Source: Trichomonas gallinae
Taxonomy: Eukaryota
DNA: 62,837 nucleotides
Direction: 5' to 3'
Assembly: GCA_008369845.1 (NCBI GenBank)
Contig: MRSU01006538.1
Coordinates: 1-62,837, forward strand
The notes under the pieces were generated by a model that did no database searches, had not been told where the DNA came from, and worked only from the letters and a program-made list of their open reading frames with translations. Positions 1-10,200 of the stretch are shown one piece after another; positions within the stretch are counted from its first letter, which is position 1, and each line of letters starts with the position of its first letter. Made by a program: the position numbers and the translations under genes.

Positions 1-477
1 AATTACGACGTCAAGGCCATTGCTGCCGCAAAGGAGCTTGATGGCGACAAATACGATATGGGTATCGTCCACATGAAGGGAATTGATGATGCTGCACACG
101 ATGGAAAGATTGCCATCAAATCAGATCTCATCGAGCGTGCAGATAAGGCTATTCATCTCCTCATCGAGAAGTTATCCGAACTCGAAGAAAAGAATGGCGA
201 TAGATTCATTGTTGCTGTTACAGCAGATCACTCCACATCTTGCACATGGAAGGATCACACATTCGAGCCAGTTCCATTCATCGTTGCTGAAGTCTCCAAG
301 GTCGCTAAGGAGCTCGGCATCAAGCACGTCGACCAGTCTGGAAAGCCAGAACTTGTGCCAACAGATAATGTCAAAGAATTTACAGAAGCAGCAGCTTGCA
401 AGGGATCCCTTGGTAGATTCTGCGGTGCTCAAATGATGAACTTACTCTTCCACTTCGCTGGTCGCAAACATAATTAA
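1..477 (+). CDS. Cofactor-independent phosphoglycerate mutase, archaeal/ApgM type; C-terminal part, truncated by the window edge
   Basis: Frame 1 is open from base 1 (NYDVKAIAAAKEL...). Metal-binding motifs of the alkaline-phosphatase superfamily: HMKGIDDAAHDG and VTADHST...DHTFEPVPF. Confidence 0.85.
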   Translation, partial: NYDVKAIAAAKELDGDKYDMGIVHMKGIDDAAHDGKIAIKSDLIERADKAIHLLIEKLSELEEKNGDRFIVAVTADHSTSCTWKDHTFEPVPFIVAEVSKVAKELGIKHVDQSGKPELVPTDNVKEFTEAAACKGSLGRFCGAQMMNLLFHFAGRKHN

Positions 478-1134
478 TTTTTGTTTGATACGATTTTTTG
501 ATTGATTTGATTTAAATAAACTCTTTCAATAAATGGATTCCAAACGCTTTCAATAAAGGATACATTTTTTTTGATTGATGTGATTCCAAATATTACAGCA
601 AATTGATGAAAACACGTATAAAAATGCATAGACTAAAACACAGTTTTTTGTGTCTATGTTTCATACTTCCAATAGAAAATATAATTTCGAATTGAAATTC
701 TGCTTTTTTAGTATCATCTCATATGAATTCTCTAAATCAATAGCTCATCTTAATTCTATATAGAAAGAATTATCTCAATCTATGAGTTTAGAATAACAAA
801 ATTATCAGTGAAAATTGTGAATCATAACCGTGTTTACTTATGATTCAACCAATTAAAATCTATGGTTAAACAAGGAATTTTCTCGATATTCAATAAAAAT
901 TGGGAGTACAGCATATATGTGTTTTTAGACAACGAGTGTGCTTATATATTTGTTGTACATTTTATGAGTGCGAAAAGTCATTGGAAATTGAATCGTGTTA
1001 TCGATAATTTGATAGATTTTTGACTGATTTTAGGAGAAAATGAAAAAATTTCACGATAGTTCGATAGATGAGCCAATAAGCATATCAAAAATACAACAAA
1101 ATTTATATAAAAAAAATAATCGTTATTTTATAAT

Positions 1135-2706
1135 ATGAGTGAGAAAGAGGAAAAAGTTGCAAAAGAAAAGCAAGAAACGTCGGAAAATCCAGAGAAAAAG
1201 GAAGAAGAAAACGATCCGACGGCTGCTGAAAGCGTTGAAGTTGTTACTCCAGAAAAAAAATCAAATTCCACTAAAAAAACACCAAAATCTGCCCGCAAAA
1301 AGACACCGAAGTCAGCAAGACATTCAGATATCGATATAGAAGCAGAACTAAAGGCAATAAGCGATAACGGCGGAATTACAGGACGCGCAGAAATTTTCCG
1401 TTATTATTGCGGTCATCACCCAGATCTCAGCATATCAGCTCTCCCACAATGGAAAATTATGTTTACTGGCAGCCAATCATCAATAAAAATCAGATTGTTT
1501 TTCAATAAACGCCATCAGAAGGTTTACTTCTTCTCTGGCATCCCTACACAAGGTTGGATAATGACAAAGAACGATGTCGATGGATACAATGAGGTGCTTA
1601 TCGATGAAAGTACAACAATCAAAGATGTCGTTATTAAGTGTGGATCAACGAAAAGCCAGGTATTTGGCGTGTTTGCAGCCATGGGTAACCCTGTCGAGTT
1701 TGGATGGGGCATTACTGAACCAGGATCGTTCAATATTGAAACTAGGAAAGTTTTCGATGAATTTTCAAACCATGTGATCATCACAGAGAAGCCATGGCAT
1801 CTCACAAAGACACACTACAGAAATATCGTTGGAAACAGGCCAGGTTTGTTTAGTTGCAAACAATACTTGATTCATTGCCACCAACCAGGTCTTATCTGCT
1901 TGGAAGTGTTAAACAAGGCAAACAGGAACAAATTCCTCGAAGAAGCTCTTGATGGAGGCCTTATTAAGACAGAATCAAGTGATTTCGCAACAGAAAGGAA
2001 CTACAAGAACAAAGCAGAACTGAAATTGATTCTCCAAGAAGGCAGTGAAAGAATTCATCACGCTGGATCAGCCACTTATACTGTATATTCAACATTTTAT
2101 GATCACGATCTTTTCTATTTCGATGCAGTTGAAGGTGATTACGTCATCTGTCCATTCGTTCCACAAGGTGTTGTACCAGATGAGCTCAGTATCACGATGC
2201 ATTCTGATGTTCGCGCAAGAGCTGGCCCTCTTGACCTCGTTTTCCCACAGAACCTCCAGTTTAACGTAGACTTAGAGGGTGGCCAGCAGTTTTCCGTTTT
2301 TGCAACAGAAGATGTTGAATCTAAAATTTATGTAACTTTCAGGCCTGACTGCTGGGCTGTTTTGTACCTCAGGTGGGATTCAGAGACAGCGTCACATTCA
2401 GAATACGTCATCTCAGGTGAGCCAATCCGCACAGACAATCCTGAATATTATTTGGATCTTCCTGCAGGAAAGGTTCTGACTCTCACTGTAGCTACAAAGA
2501 GCGGCGGCTATGACATCGGTCTCTATTCGTTGATGGTTTCAAGCCGAGTTAAGCTTACAACACAGAAATTAGAAACAAAGATCAATATTGCCGATTTTGG
2601 AAACATCCACAAAGATCTACCAGATGAAAAGGAGAAGATTTCCGAAGAAGAGGACAAGAATGATGATGACGAAACTCCAAAGTCAAAAGCCTGTCTGATG
2701 ATATAA
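1135..2706 (+). CDS. Calpain-like protein with two degenerate calpain domain III (C2-like) modules and a C-terminal CaaX box; no evident catalytic triad
   Basis: 523 aa. The segments W...GNRPGLFSCKQYLI...GDYVICPF...LSITMHS and FPQNLQF...LPAG...YSLMVSS resemble domain III (NPQY/F...GxYxIVP...FxLxVxS). Ends in CLMI. Confidence 0.55.
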   Translation: MSEKEEKVAKEKQETSENPEKKEEENDPTAAESVEVVTPEKKSNSTKKTPKSARKKTPKSARHSDIDIEAELKAISDNGGITGRAEIFRYYCGHHPDLSISALPQWKIMFTGSQSSIKIRLFFNKRHQKVYFFSGIPTQGWIMTKNDVDGYNEVLIDESTTIKDVVIKCGSTKSQVFGVFAAMGNPVEFGWGITEPGSFNIETRKVFDEFSNHVIITEKPWHLTKTHYRNIVGNRPGLFSCKQYLIHCHQPGLICLEVLNKANRNKFLEEALDGGLIKTESSDFATERNYKNKAELKLILQEGSERIHHAGSATYTVYSTFYDHDLFYFDAVEGDYVICPFVPQGVVPDELSITMHSDVRARAGPLDLVFPQNLQFNVDLEGGQQFSVFATEDVESKIYVTFRPDCWAVLYLRWDSETASHSEYVISGEPIRTDNPEYYLDLPAGKVLTLTVATKSGGYDIGLYSLMVSSRVKLTTQKLETKINIADFGNIHKDLPDEKEKISEEEDKNDDDETPKSKACLMI

Positions 2707-3186
2707 TTTTTTTTTATTGCATTTAAATCTTTATGTTTACATATATATTCATAATACAATTCTATAGTTATATGGATTTTTACAAAAGAATCATCATTAA
2801 TCCTACAATTAACATTATTTTCTTATTTTTGATCGAAATCAAGCAAAATGGGGATTGATAATATAAAAATATATTTACAAATAAAATATTATCAATGATA
2901 TAGAGTCCTCTCTTGATGATATCAATATTTTAAAATGTTTATTTTATAATTCATCGATAATATATTAATTAAACATTATGAAATGTATTAAATATACTAA
3001 GTAAAAACAAAAATAATGATTGTATTGGTTTAAGTTAAATATTTTTTGAGAATTAAAATTTTTTGTGAATAATTAGTTAAATTGTTCAATTTCATTCTAA
3101 TAAATTTTATAATATTAACAAAATATGATAGTACTTTATTAAAAACAACATTCTATTAATATAAAACTAGAATATTCAATCAATGA

Positions 3187-4734
3187 TTACAAAGAATCAA
3201 TGATTTCAGCATCATCTTCGCTATTTTCGGCACTGTCAAGATTATCTTCGTCTTCTCGCTTTTTGGCTTCATCAGTTGTAACATCGCCTTTCTTATATGC
3301 TCTATATATAGGAACGACAACAATAACGATTCCAACGACGAGCGAAACAGCACTTGTAAGGGGATAGGTATACATAAGTCTGATGGGGTCCTTCTTGTTC
3401 GTGAAATACAGCAGAGTTGACATGCTCATGTTTGCTGCAAGTGTCGCAAAAAGTGAATAAATTGTTGCGGTAATTCCATATTCCAAAGCCTGCAGCATCG
3501 TTTGGCACAAGAATCTTACCCATGCGTGTATGGCATCGAAGTTGGCTGCCTTCAGCATAGGCGCTGCCCATGCGATATAGTCAGGGTTCGAAGAAATAAT
3601 TTTCGAAATTTGATCTGGAATAGTCATAGACAGTGTAAACGTTAACAATCCCCATGTCAAGTTCAGCCATGAAGCGTGCATCAACAGGAAGAACATGCGG
3701 CGGTTTCTGCCAGCGTGGCATGCATAGGAAGCTGTTGGTAGTAAAGACATCGACGTGGCGAGCCTGAAGGAGTTTGTGACTTGGAAAATGCGGATGACGC
3801 CGTTGAAGCCGGCCATGGCTTGATCGAAGTTTCCTGATCCCATGTTCTGTGTGATAAGTCCTAAGTATTTTCTGACTAAAATTCCGGGAAGTGACTGGGC
3901 TAAGTTAGCAAATAATTGGGAAAATCCGACCCTTAAGGCCATGAATGTTTCTTTGTGGAACTTTCTGAAGATTCCACGCCAGTCTGGTTTGATTGCGAAT
4001 CGTCCGCAAAAATATAGTATGAGAATGACAATTCCTGGTATGGCTTCTGATAAAACAGTCGCAACAGCTGCACCTGTTATGCCGATTTTGAAACCAAGCA
4101 AGAATAAAGGATCAAATACGGCCATATTGAGAATGAATGAAGTTAATTGCATAACACTGACCAAAAACGTTCTTCCCTCACCTTGCAAGAGTCCACAACC
4201 GAAAAGAAAGAAGCATGTGAAAACAGAACAGGCCATGAGAACCGAAAGATAGGCAAATCCCCAATCTGTAGTTTGTTCGTCTGCTCCAAACCATTTAGCG
4301 AGTGGTCTGGATATTGGTATAACGAGTGCTGGGACGATTGCTCCACAAACGAAGCACATGCGGAAAAGATCACAGACAATTTGGCCTGCTTCGCTCTGCC
4401 TTTTCTGACCTATCATAGCACTGACCTTAGCAGTCGCAGCACAGTTCAAGAAAAAGCCAAATGCACGACCAATATTATCAAGATTTGTAAAAAGACTGAC
4501 AGCTGACACACCTTTAGTACCAAGCGCTTTAGCAACCCACATACTATCGATTAGACCGTAAAAGGCGGCGACAACTTGCGAAATGAGCGGACCCCACATT
4601 AATTTCACTAATGTCTTAAGAGCGGGCTGACCTCCAAGTCTATATTGCTCATCTGGGATCTTCTTGTTCTTTGATTGCACATCTTCTTCAATTGTCTCTA
4701 CAGGAATCTCCTCTTTCGGCGATTCAGAAGACAT
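3187..4734 (-). CDS. MATE (MatE) family efflux transporter
   Basis: 515 aa with about 12 TM segments. LIDSMWVAKALG, LLQGEGRT and LNMAVFDPLFLLGFKIGITGAAVAT are MATE signatures. Confidence 0.92.
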   Translation of the reverse strand: MSSESPKEEIPVETIEEDVQSKNKKIPDEQYRLGGQPALKTLVKLMWGPLISQVVAAFYGLIDSMWVAKALGTKGVSAVSLFTNLDNIGRAFGFFLNCAATAKVSAMIGQKRQSEAGQIVCDLFRMCFVCGAIVPALVIPISRPLAKWFGADEQTTDWGFAYLSVLMACSVFTCFFLFGCGLLQGEGRTFLVSVMQLTSFILNMAVFDPLFLLGFKIGITGAAVATVLSEAIPGIVILILYFCGRFAIKPDWRGIFRKFHKETFMALRVGFSQLFANLAQSLPGILVRKYLGLITQNMGSGNFDQAMAGFNGVIRIFQVTNSFRLATSMSLLPTASYACHAGRNRRMFFLLMHASWLNLTWGLLTFTLSMTIPDQISKIISSNPDYIAWAAPMLKAANFDAIHAWVRFLCQTMLQALEYGITATIYSLFATLAANMSMSTLLYFTNKKDPIRLMYTYPLTSAVSLVVGIVIVVVPIYRAYKKGDVTTDEAKKREDEDNLDSAENSEDDAEIIDSL

Positions 4735-5662
4735 TTTATTGAAACCGTTTTTATGTTTTTTGGATAACTTAATTTTTCTGTATTACAAAGCGATTACCAA
4801 ATTCTATTTTCAATTTTTTGAATGGGGAAAATTACTCAATTTTTTTGTCAGAAATTTCACAACGATTTTACCGAGACTTTTATTTAATTTTATTGAGTAA
4901 CCAAGTTTTTGGAAAACTGACAAATTTTACTTGTCAGAAATTTGACAAATTTGTCAACGATTTTATTATTGATTTTTAGTGACCCAATATAATTATAATA
5001 TAGTTTTATAGGTACTATAGATTATATTTATATTAACGACTACTGTTTTTGTATCGTTATTGATTAACCGAATTTCAAAAAAGTGATTGACATCAGATTT
5101 ATATTGAATTATGACATCTCTGTCGAATATATACTTTATACTATCCTCTGTTTTGGAAGAATATTGATGTAGTGATTAGCCGGATGTTTCAAAATGCCGT
5201 ATCATAGATTTTAGACGTTGGAATTTCTCAGAATCTTTTAAATCCTCTATATAATGCGTATTTTTGATTATCAGCTGCTTCTAAAGAATATTGATGTATC
5301 GATTTTATTGTCAAGTTGCCATTACTGTCAAGTTGGCCAGATTCGACACATGTTTTTAACTAACTAATCACTATATATTGATTTATCGATTATATCAATC
5401 TAGATTTTCATTTATATACAGTAATACATCGGATTTAAATGCCTTAACATCATATACTCTCTATTTTATGTTATTCCACTGATTGTTGCTAGTAATAATA
5501 AGATATTTTTGAAATTTTTCCTTCTCTTATTTTAAATCGGAATATTATAAATGGGTTTAAATTTTATGGTATATTTAGTTAACTACTCATTTTTCTACAA
5601 TATGGAATATTGATAATCATCTCCTTTAAGATAACAGTGAGATTTGGAATTTAACTGCAAAA

Positions 5663-6091
5663 TTAGTCGCTTTTAACAACTAATTCTTTGAATCCAGTGG
5701 TTTCATCCATTTCTCTTGTGAGTTGATATCCACAAACACTTAAATCTGCAAGAACAATTTCTGCTGTTGTATCAATTCTAGATCCAACCATAAGGTGTCC
5801 TCCAAATACGTGACCTCTTTTATCTGACACAGAGATATGAAGATGTGGACGATCTTGAATAATTGTTCCAGTTAATGAAATTATTTCCAATGGTCCTGGT
5901 ATTGTAAGTGTATCCTGTTTCTCTGGTGTTGCCCCTGCAAGACGAACTTTGCATTCACGTAAAGAACCAACGCAAGTAACAACTGCATGGGCTGCTGGTC
6001 CATTCTTTGTTGCCTCTTTTTGTATGCTTTCCCATAAATCATCGCCTGGTTTTAATCTGAACACTTGAAATTGTTTGCGATTTTCACTCAT
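5663..6091 (-). CDS. PPC/DUF296 domain protein
   Basis: FRLKPGDDL, TCVGSL, EIISLTGT, HLHISVSD..G.VFGGHL, TTAEI, TGFKEL. Start moved from the TTG to the ATG at 6091 (MSENRK), which has a TCAT initiator-like motif just upstream. Confidence 0.9.
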   Translation of the reverse strand: MSENRKQFQVFRLKPGDDLWESIQKEATKNGPAAHAVVTCVGSLRECKVRLAGATPEKQDTLTIPGPLEIISLTGTIIQDRPHLHISVSDKRGHVFGGHLMVGSRIDTTAEIVLADLSVCGYQLTREMDETTGFKELVVKSD

Positions 6092-6100
6092 TTTGAAATA

Positions 6101-6253
6101 TGACAAATAAATTATGATCTGCTACGTAAATACCATTATTACGTGTAAAAAATGTATTATTGTCGTGTAAATATAAAAGTGACGATTATTTCAAAGAAAT
6201 ATGTCATGTAAAGAAAAATGTGACATGGTTTTGTAAAAAGTCTGACATGTAAA
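6101..6253 (+). repeat. Phased array of about 8 copies of TGWCRTGTAAA-like 11-mers, 19-22 bp apart, in a divergent intergenic region
   Basis: Copies start at 6101, 6120, 6139, 6161, 6180 (degenerate), 6202, 6221 (degenerate) and 6243. Confidence 0.7.
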
Positions 6254-6260
6254 CTGAAAC

Positions 6261-6836
6261 ATGACAATGCTTCCTCCACCATCAGTGAATTCTTCGGAAG
6301 ATAAAACAGACAAAAAGAGCATTTCAGCTCCTTTCCCTATAGTTGCTGTCAGATCAATTGCCAAGAATGCTATTTCTACAAAAGACTCAAAGCGCGGCAT
6401 CACAATGAAGGCAGCCCATATATTATCGATAGCTGCTGGCAAAATGCTTACAGAATTCACAAAAGAAGTTGCAGAAATTGCCTCTCATACTGAACAAAAA
6501 ATGATTACAAAATCAATTTTGATTGAAATCTGTTTACGCCAGCCAAAATACAGGTTTATGGCTCCATTAATCAGATACACAGATATGCAGCAATATTTTG
6601 GACAAACAAACGAATTATCAAAAAGATTATTCTTCAGTGCAACTGAAGTGCCTAGATCTCTTTCAATACCATTTGTTGCACCAAATCCACCAGGTAGATC
6701 AACAAACACGAAAGAAGATGCACTTGATAGAGAAGCGGAAAATGCAGAAGCAATATTTCATACTTTAACGCAAAGCGTTTACGCTTATCAAATGCAAGTT
6801 CCTTCATTTTTCAAACCAAAAAGATCAGGAAAATAA
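6261..6836 (+). CDS. Histone-fold protein (NF-YC/DRAP1/CHRAC-like)
   Basis: FPIVAVRSIAK...ITMKAAHILSIAAGKMLTEFTKEV...KMITKSIL...KYRFM fits the CBF/NF-Y histone-fold pattern. Confidence 0.7.
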   Translation: MTMLPPPSVNSSEDKTDKKSISAPFPIVAVRSIAKNAISTKDSKRGITMKAAHILSIAAGKMLTEFTKEVAEIASHTEQKMITKSILIEICLRQPKYRFMAPLIRYTDMQQYFGQTNELSKRLFFSATEVPRSLSIPFVAPNPPGRSTNTKEDALDREAENAEAIFHTLTQSVYAYQMQVPSFFKPKRSGK

Positions 6837-7272
6837 TCTCATTTTATTTCCAGCATTTATATCTATATTTGTTTGTAAATCTTATATTGTTCATTACATA
6901 TTTTATATATGTCTATGAATCAATTCTCTAATTCATGAATTACAAGAAATATTTTTTGAAATTTAAACACAAACAAAATTTCAACGATCTAACTTCTTGA
7001 AATAAAAATATTTTAAGATTAAGGACAAAAAGAACCATATTACATTGAAAAGTTGATTATTTTTATTCAAAACAAAAAATTCATGCAGAATCACGCTATT
7101 ACTTCATGGCATAATTAAAACTAATTATTGTAAATGGTTTGACAATGCTTAATATATTTATTATTGAGATCTTATTTTTATTTGAAACCAATAAAAGCGA
7201 GAACAAAGCTGGAAAAAAGTGAAATATAGAGTATTGACATTCTATATACGAATTATATCAGATAAATCAATA

Positions 7273-7280
7273 AAAGTGAC
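7273..7280 (+). promoter_or_regulatory. AAAGTGAC motif (trichomonad M2-type, the reverse of an Inr-like GTCACTTT) just upstream of the ATG
   Basis: The same octamer precedes the ATGs at 7285, 40245 and 47702 and, on the minus strand, 22190. Confidence 0.55.
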
Positions 7281-7284
7281 ATTG

Positions 7285-10200
7285 ATGTCTCTCTCTGATC
7301 CTCATGCACAGACAATATCAGTGAAGCCAGAGAGAAAGTTCATAATTCTTCATAACAGACATCCATGCTTTATAAATCCGATGTTATTATGCCAATATTC
7401 TCAGTTTTTCGAAGATTTATATCCGCATTATAAGGATACAAATATAGAAATTCACGATTCATATAAAGAAGAAGTGTTTTCTACTTTCATAGAGATGGCA
7501 CACGGCAATGAAGTCGAATTAACAACACCTAACGCATATATACTTCTGCGATTAGCGCACGAATGGAAAGCAAATCGTATTGGTCAAGTCATCGAGAACT
7601 ACATCAGCGGAAAACCAGAAGCAGAAGTTAAATTATACGGAATTGTAGATAATTTTATTTCTTCAAATCGTTTACCAGAAGCTAAAGACTTCACAGCTGA
7701 AGAGTATAGTAGAATGCTGCAACTTGAAAGCTGTCATTCTTTAAATCCGAAACTTCTTTTTGCATTTTTGCAATCATGCAAAGACACCAAAGTTGATCCA
7801 AAGGTTTTAAACGACTTCGTTGTATCACATCTCAAAAATAATTTAGTACCGCCAGAAAAATTTGTCCCATTTTTAACATGGGAAGAATTATCACAAGAAG
7901 ATTTCAAATATTTCTACACGCAGAAACAATACAGACAATTCAACGCGATAAAAACAGAAAGAGAAAGAAGAAGAGCACTTGAAAAACAGAAAAGTCACAA
8001 GAAAACAGAAACAAACACATTTTCGATTACGAAAACACTGAAAATCGAGCCTCCTTACTACGGTCTTATTGCTAAGATAGCTACAGGATCTGGAAATCCG
8101 TTGCGAACAGGACTCGTTGAAGTCACTGCATCATCAAATGACCCAGCAAGTCTTGCATCAGAACAAGGAGGCCTTTTAACAATAATTAAGACATGCCCAA
8201 AGATAGATTTTTGGCTCAATAATCCAAGTGAAGTCCAGAAAATAGTAATTACAGCTGGAACTTCTGATATTCCAAGACATATAATTATTTCAGCGTCAAA
8301 AGATCAAACAGACTGGGTTCCAATACTTAAAGGAATCAAGAAGCGTATTAAAAGCGGGGAAACACAAGAAATCGAATTAGAAAATGATAATGATTATTTA
8401 TATTATCAAATTAAGCTTGAAACAAAGAAAGAATCGCGCCTTTCGTTTGCTAAAATACAACTTTTCGATGAAGAACAACAGAATCTTCAATACTTCGTTT
8501 CATCAAATGGAAATCATTTAACATCAGTAATAAGTCCAAGACACAAACATCAATGGTTTTCTATGGCAGGAAAAGGACAATGGCTGCAATATCATTTTCC
8601 AAAACACATTTTTGTTCTGACATCATATTCAATAAAATGCGGGAAGATGTGGTTCCCTACTGGATGGAAGCTTCTTGGATCCATGGACGGAGAAACATGG
8701 GAAGTAGTCGATGAAAAACGCCAAACAACGTATTTTTCAAGGCCATTTGAAATTCATCAATTTGTTGTTCGATCGAACGTTCGCGCTCGCTATTTCAGAC
8801 TCAAGCAGACCTCCAAGACAGCGGACGGCATCCATATACTATGCATCAGCGGCATGGAGTTCTTCGGAACATACGAAGACGAAGAAAAGACGAAACAGTT
8901 GATAGCAACAGCGACCGTGAGAAGAAAGAAGTTGGAAGTAGTCTCCAGCTCGTCATCCAGCGACACAGACACAGACTCAGACGTAGAAGACGAAGAGGTT
9001 AAACCAAAGAAAGAAAAGAAGCCGAAGAAAGAAGAACACAAGAAACTATTACTCGGATCATCAGCTCCTGTCAAAAAGTCGAAAGACGACTTCGAAAGTG
9101 ACGACTCTAATGTCGTAACTCTAGAAAAGAACAAATCCAAAGACAAGAAGTCGTCTGATGATAAAGCTAAAAAGAAGAAATCATCATCGTCATCTTCATC
9201 ATCATTTGAATCTGATTCTCACAGCAAAAAGAAGAATGAAGATAAAAAGAAAGACGATGATAAAAAGGAAGAAAAGAAGAAATCTTCATCTTCATCTTCA
9301 TCATCATTTGAATCTGATGATAAGGCAAAGAAAGACAATGATAAAAAGAAAAAGGAAGAAGAAAAGAAAATTTCATCATCATCTTCATCATCATTCGAGT
9401 CAGATTCTGACGACAAAAAGAAGAAAGAAGATAATGAAAAGAAGAAAGAAGATAATGAAAAGAAGAAAGATGATGATGAAAAGAAGAAATCCTCATCTTC
9501 GTCATCATTTGAGTCAGATTCTGATGATAAAGCGAAGAAAGAAGAAAATGAGGACGATTCAAAAAAAGCGAAAGCTCCGACGGAGACGACTTCTTCTAAT
9601 GCTAAGCCTATCGAAGCTAAAGGAAAGTCTTCGTCATCAGATGAAATCTTTGGTCCAAAAGTTGAAGAAATCAAAGAAGAAAAAGAAAAAATCGAAGATA
9701 AAATCAAAGAAGAGAAAGAGAAAGAAAAGAAGAAGTCTTCGAGCTCATCTTCGTTTGATTTCAGTGCTTCATCAACTGATGATGAAAAGAAGAAAAAGAA
9801 AGAAAAAGAAAAAGAAGAAGTTTTGAGTGACGATGGAATGGTCATTACAACAAATTCCAACATAGAAGAAAGCAAAAAGTCATCGAGCAGTGGAGACTTG
9901 TCATTTGATTCATCGAGTGACGAAAACCAAAAGAAAGCGAACGAAAGTTTATCGTTTGCATCATCAAGTGCAGACAACAGAGAATCTGAGCAAGAAGAGA
10001 AAAGAATCATCATCGAGCCTTCAGACTTAGAGACACAGGAGCTGAAGACAGCTGTTCCCAAACTTGACATCGACAAGATACCAGCGAAAGAGATAGAGAT
10101 GAGAGAACCTTCCCCACGAAGACACGACAACAACGAGAACTTATCGCTGAGAGAGTCGACATCAATGAATGAACCACCCTCGAGTAGAAGACCTTCAGCG

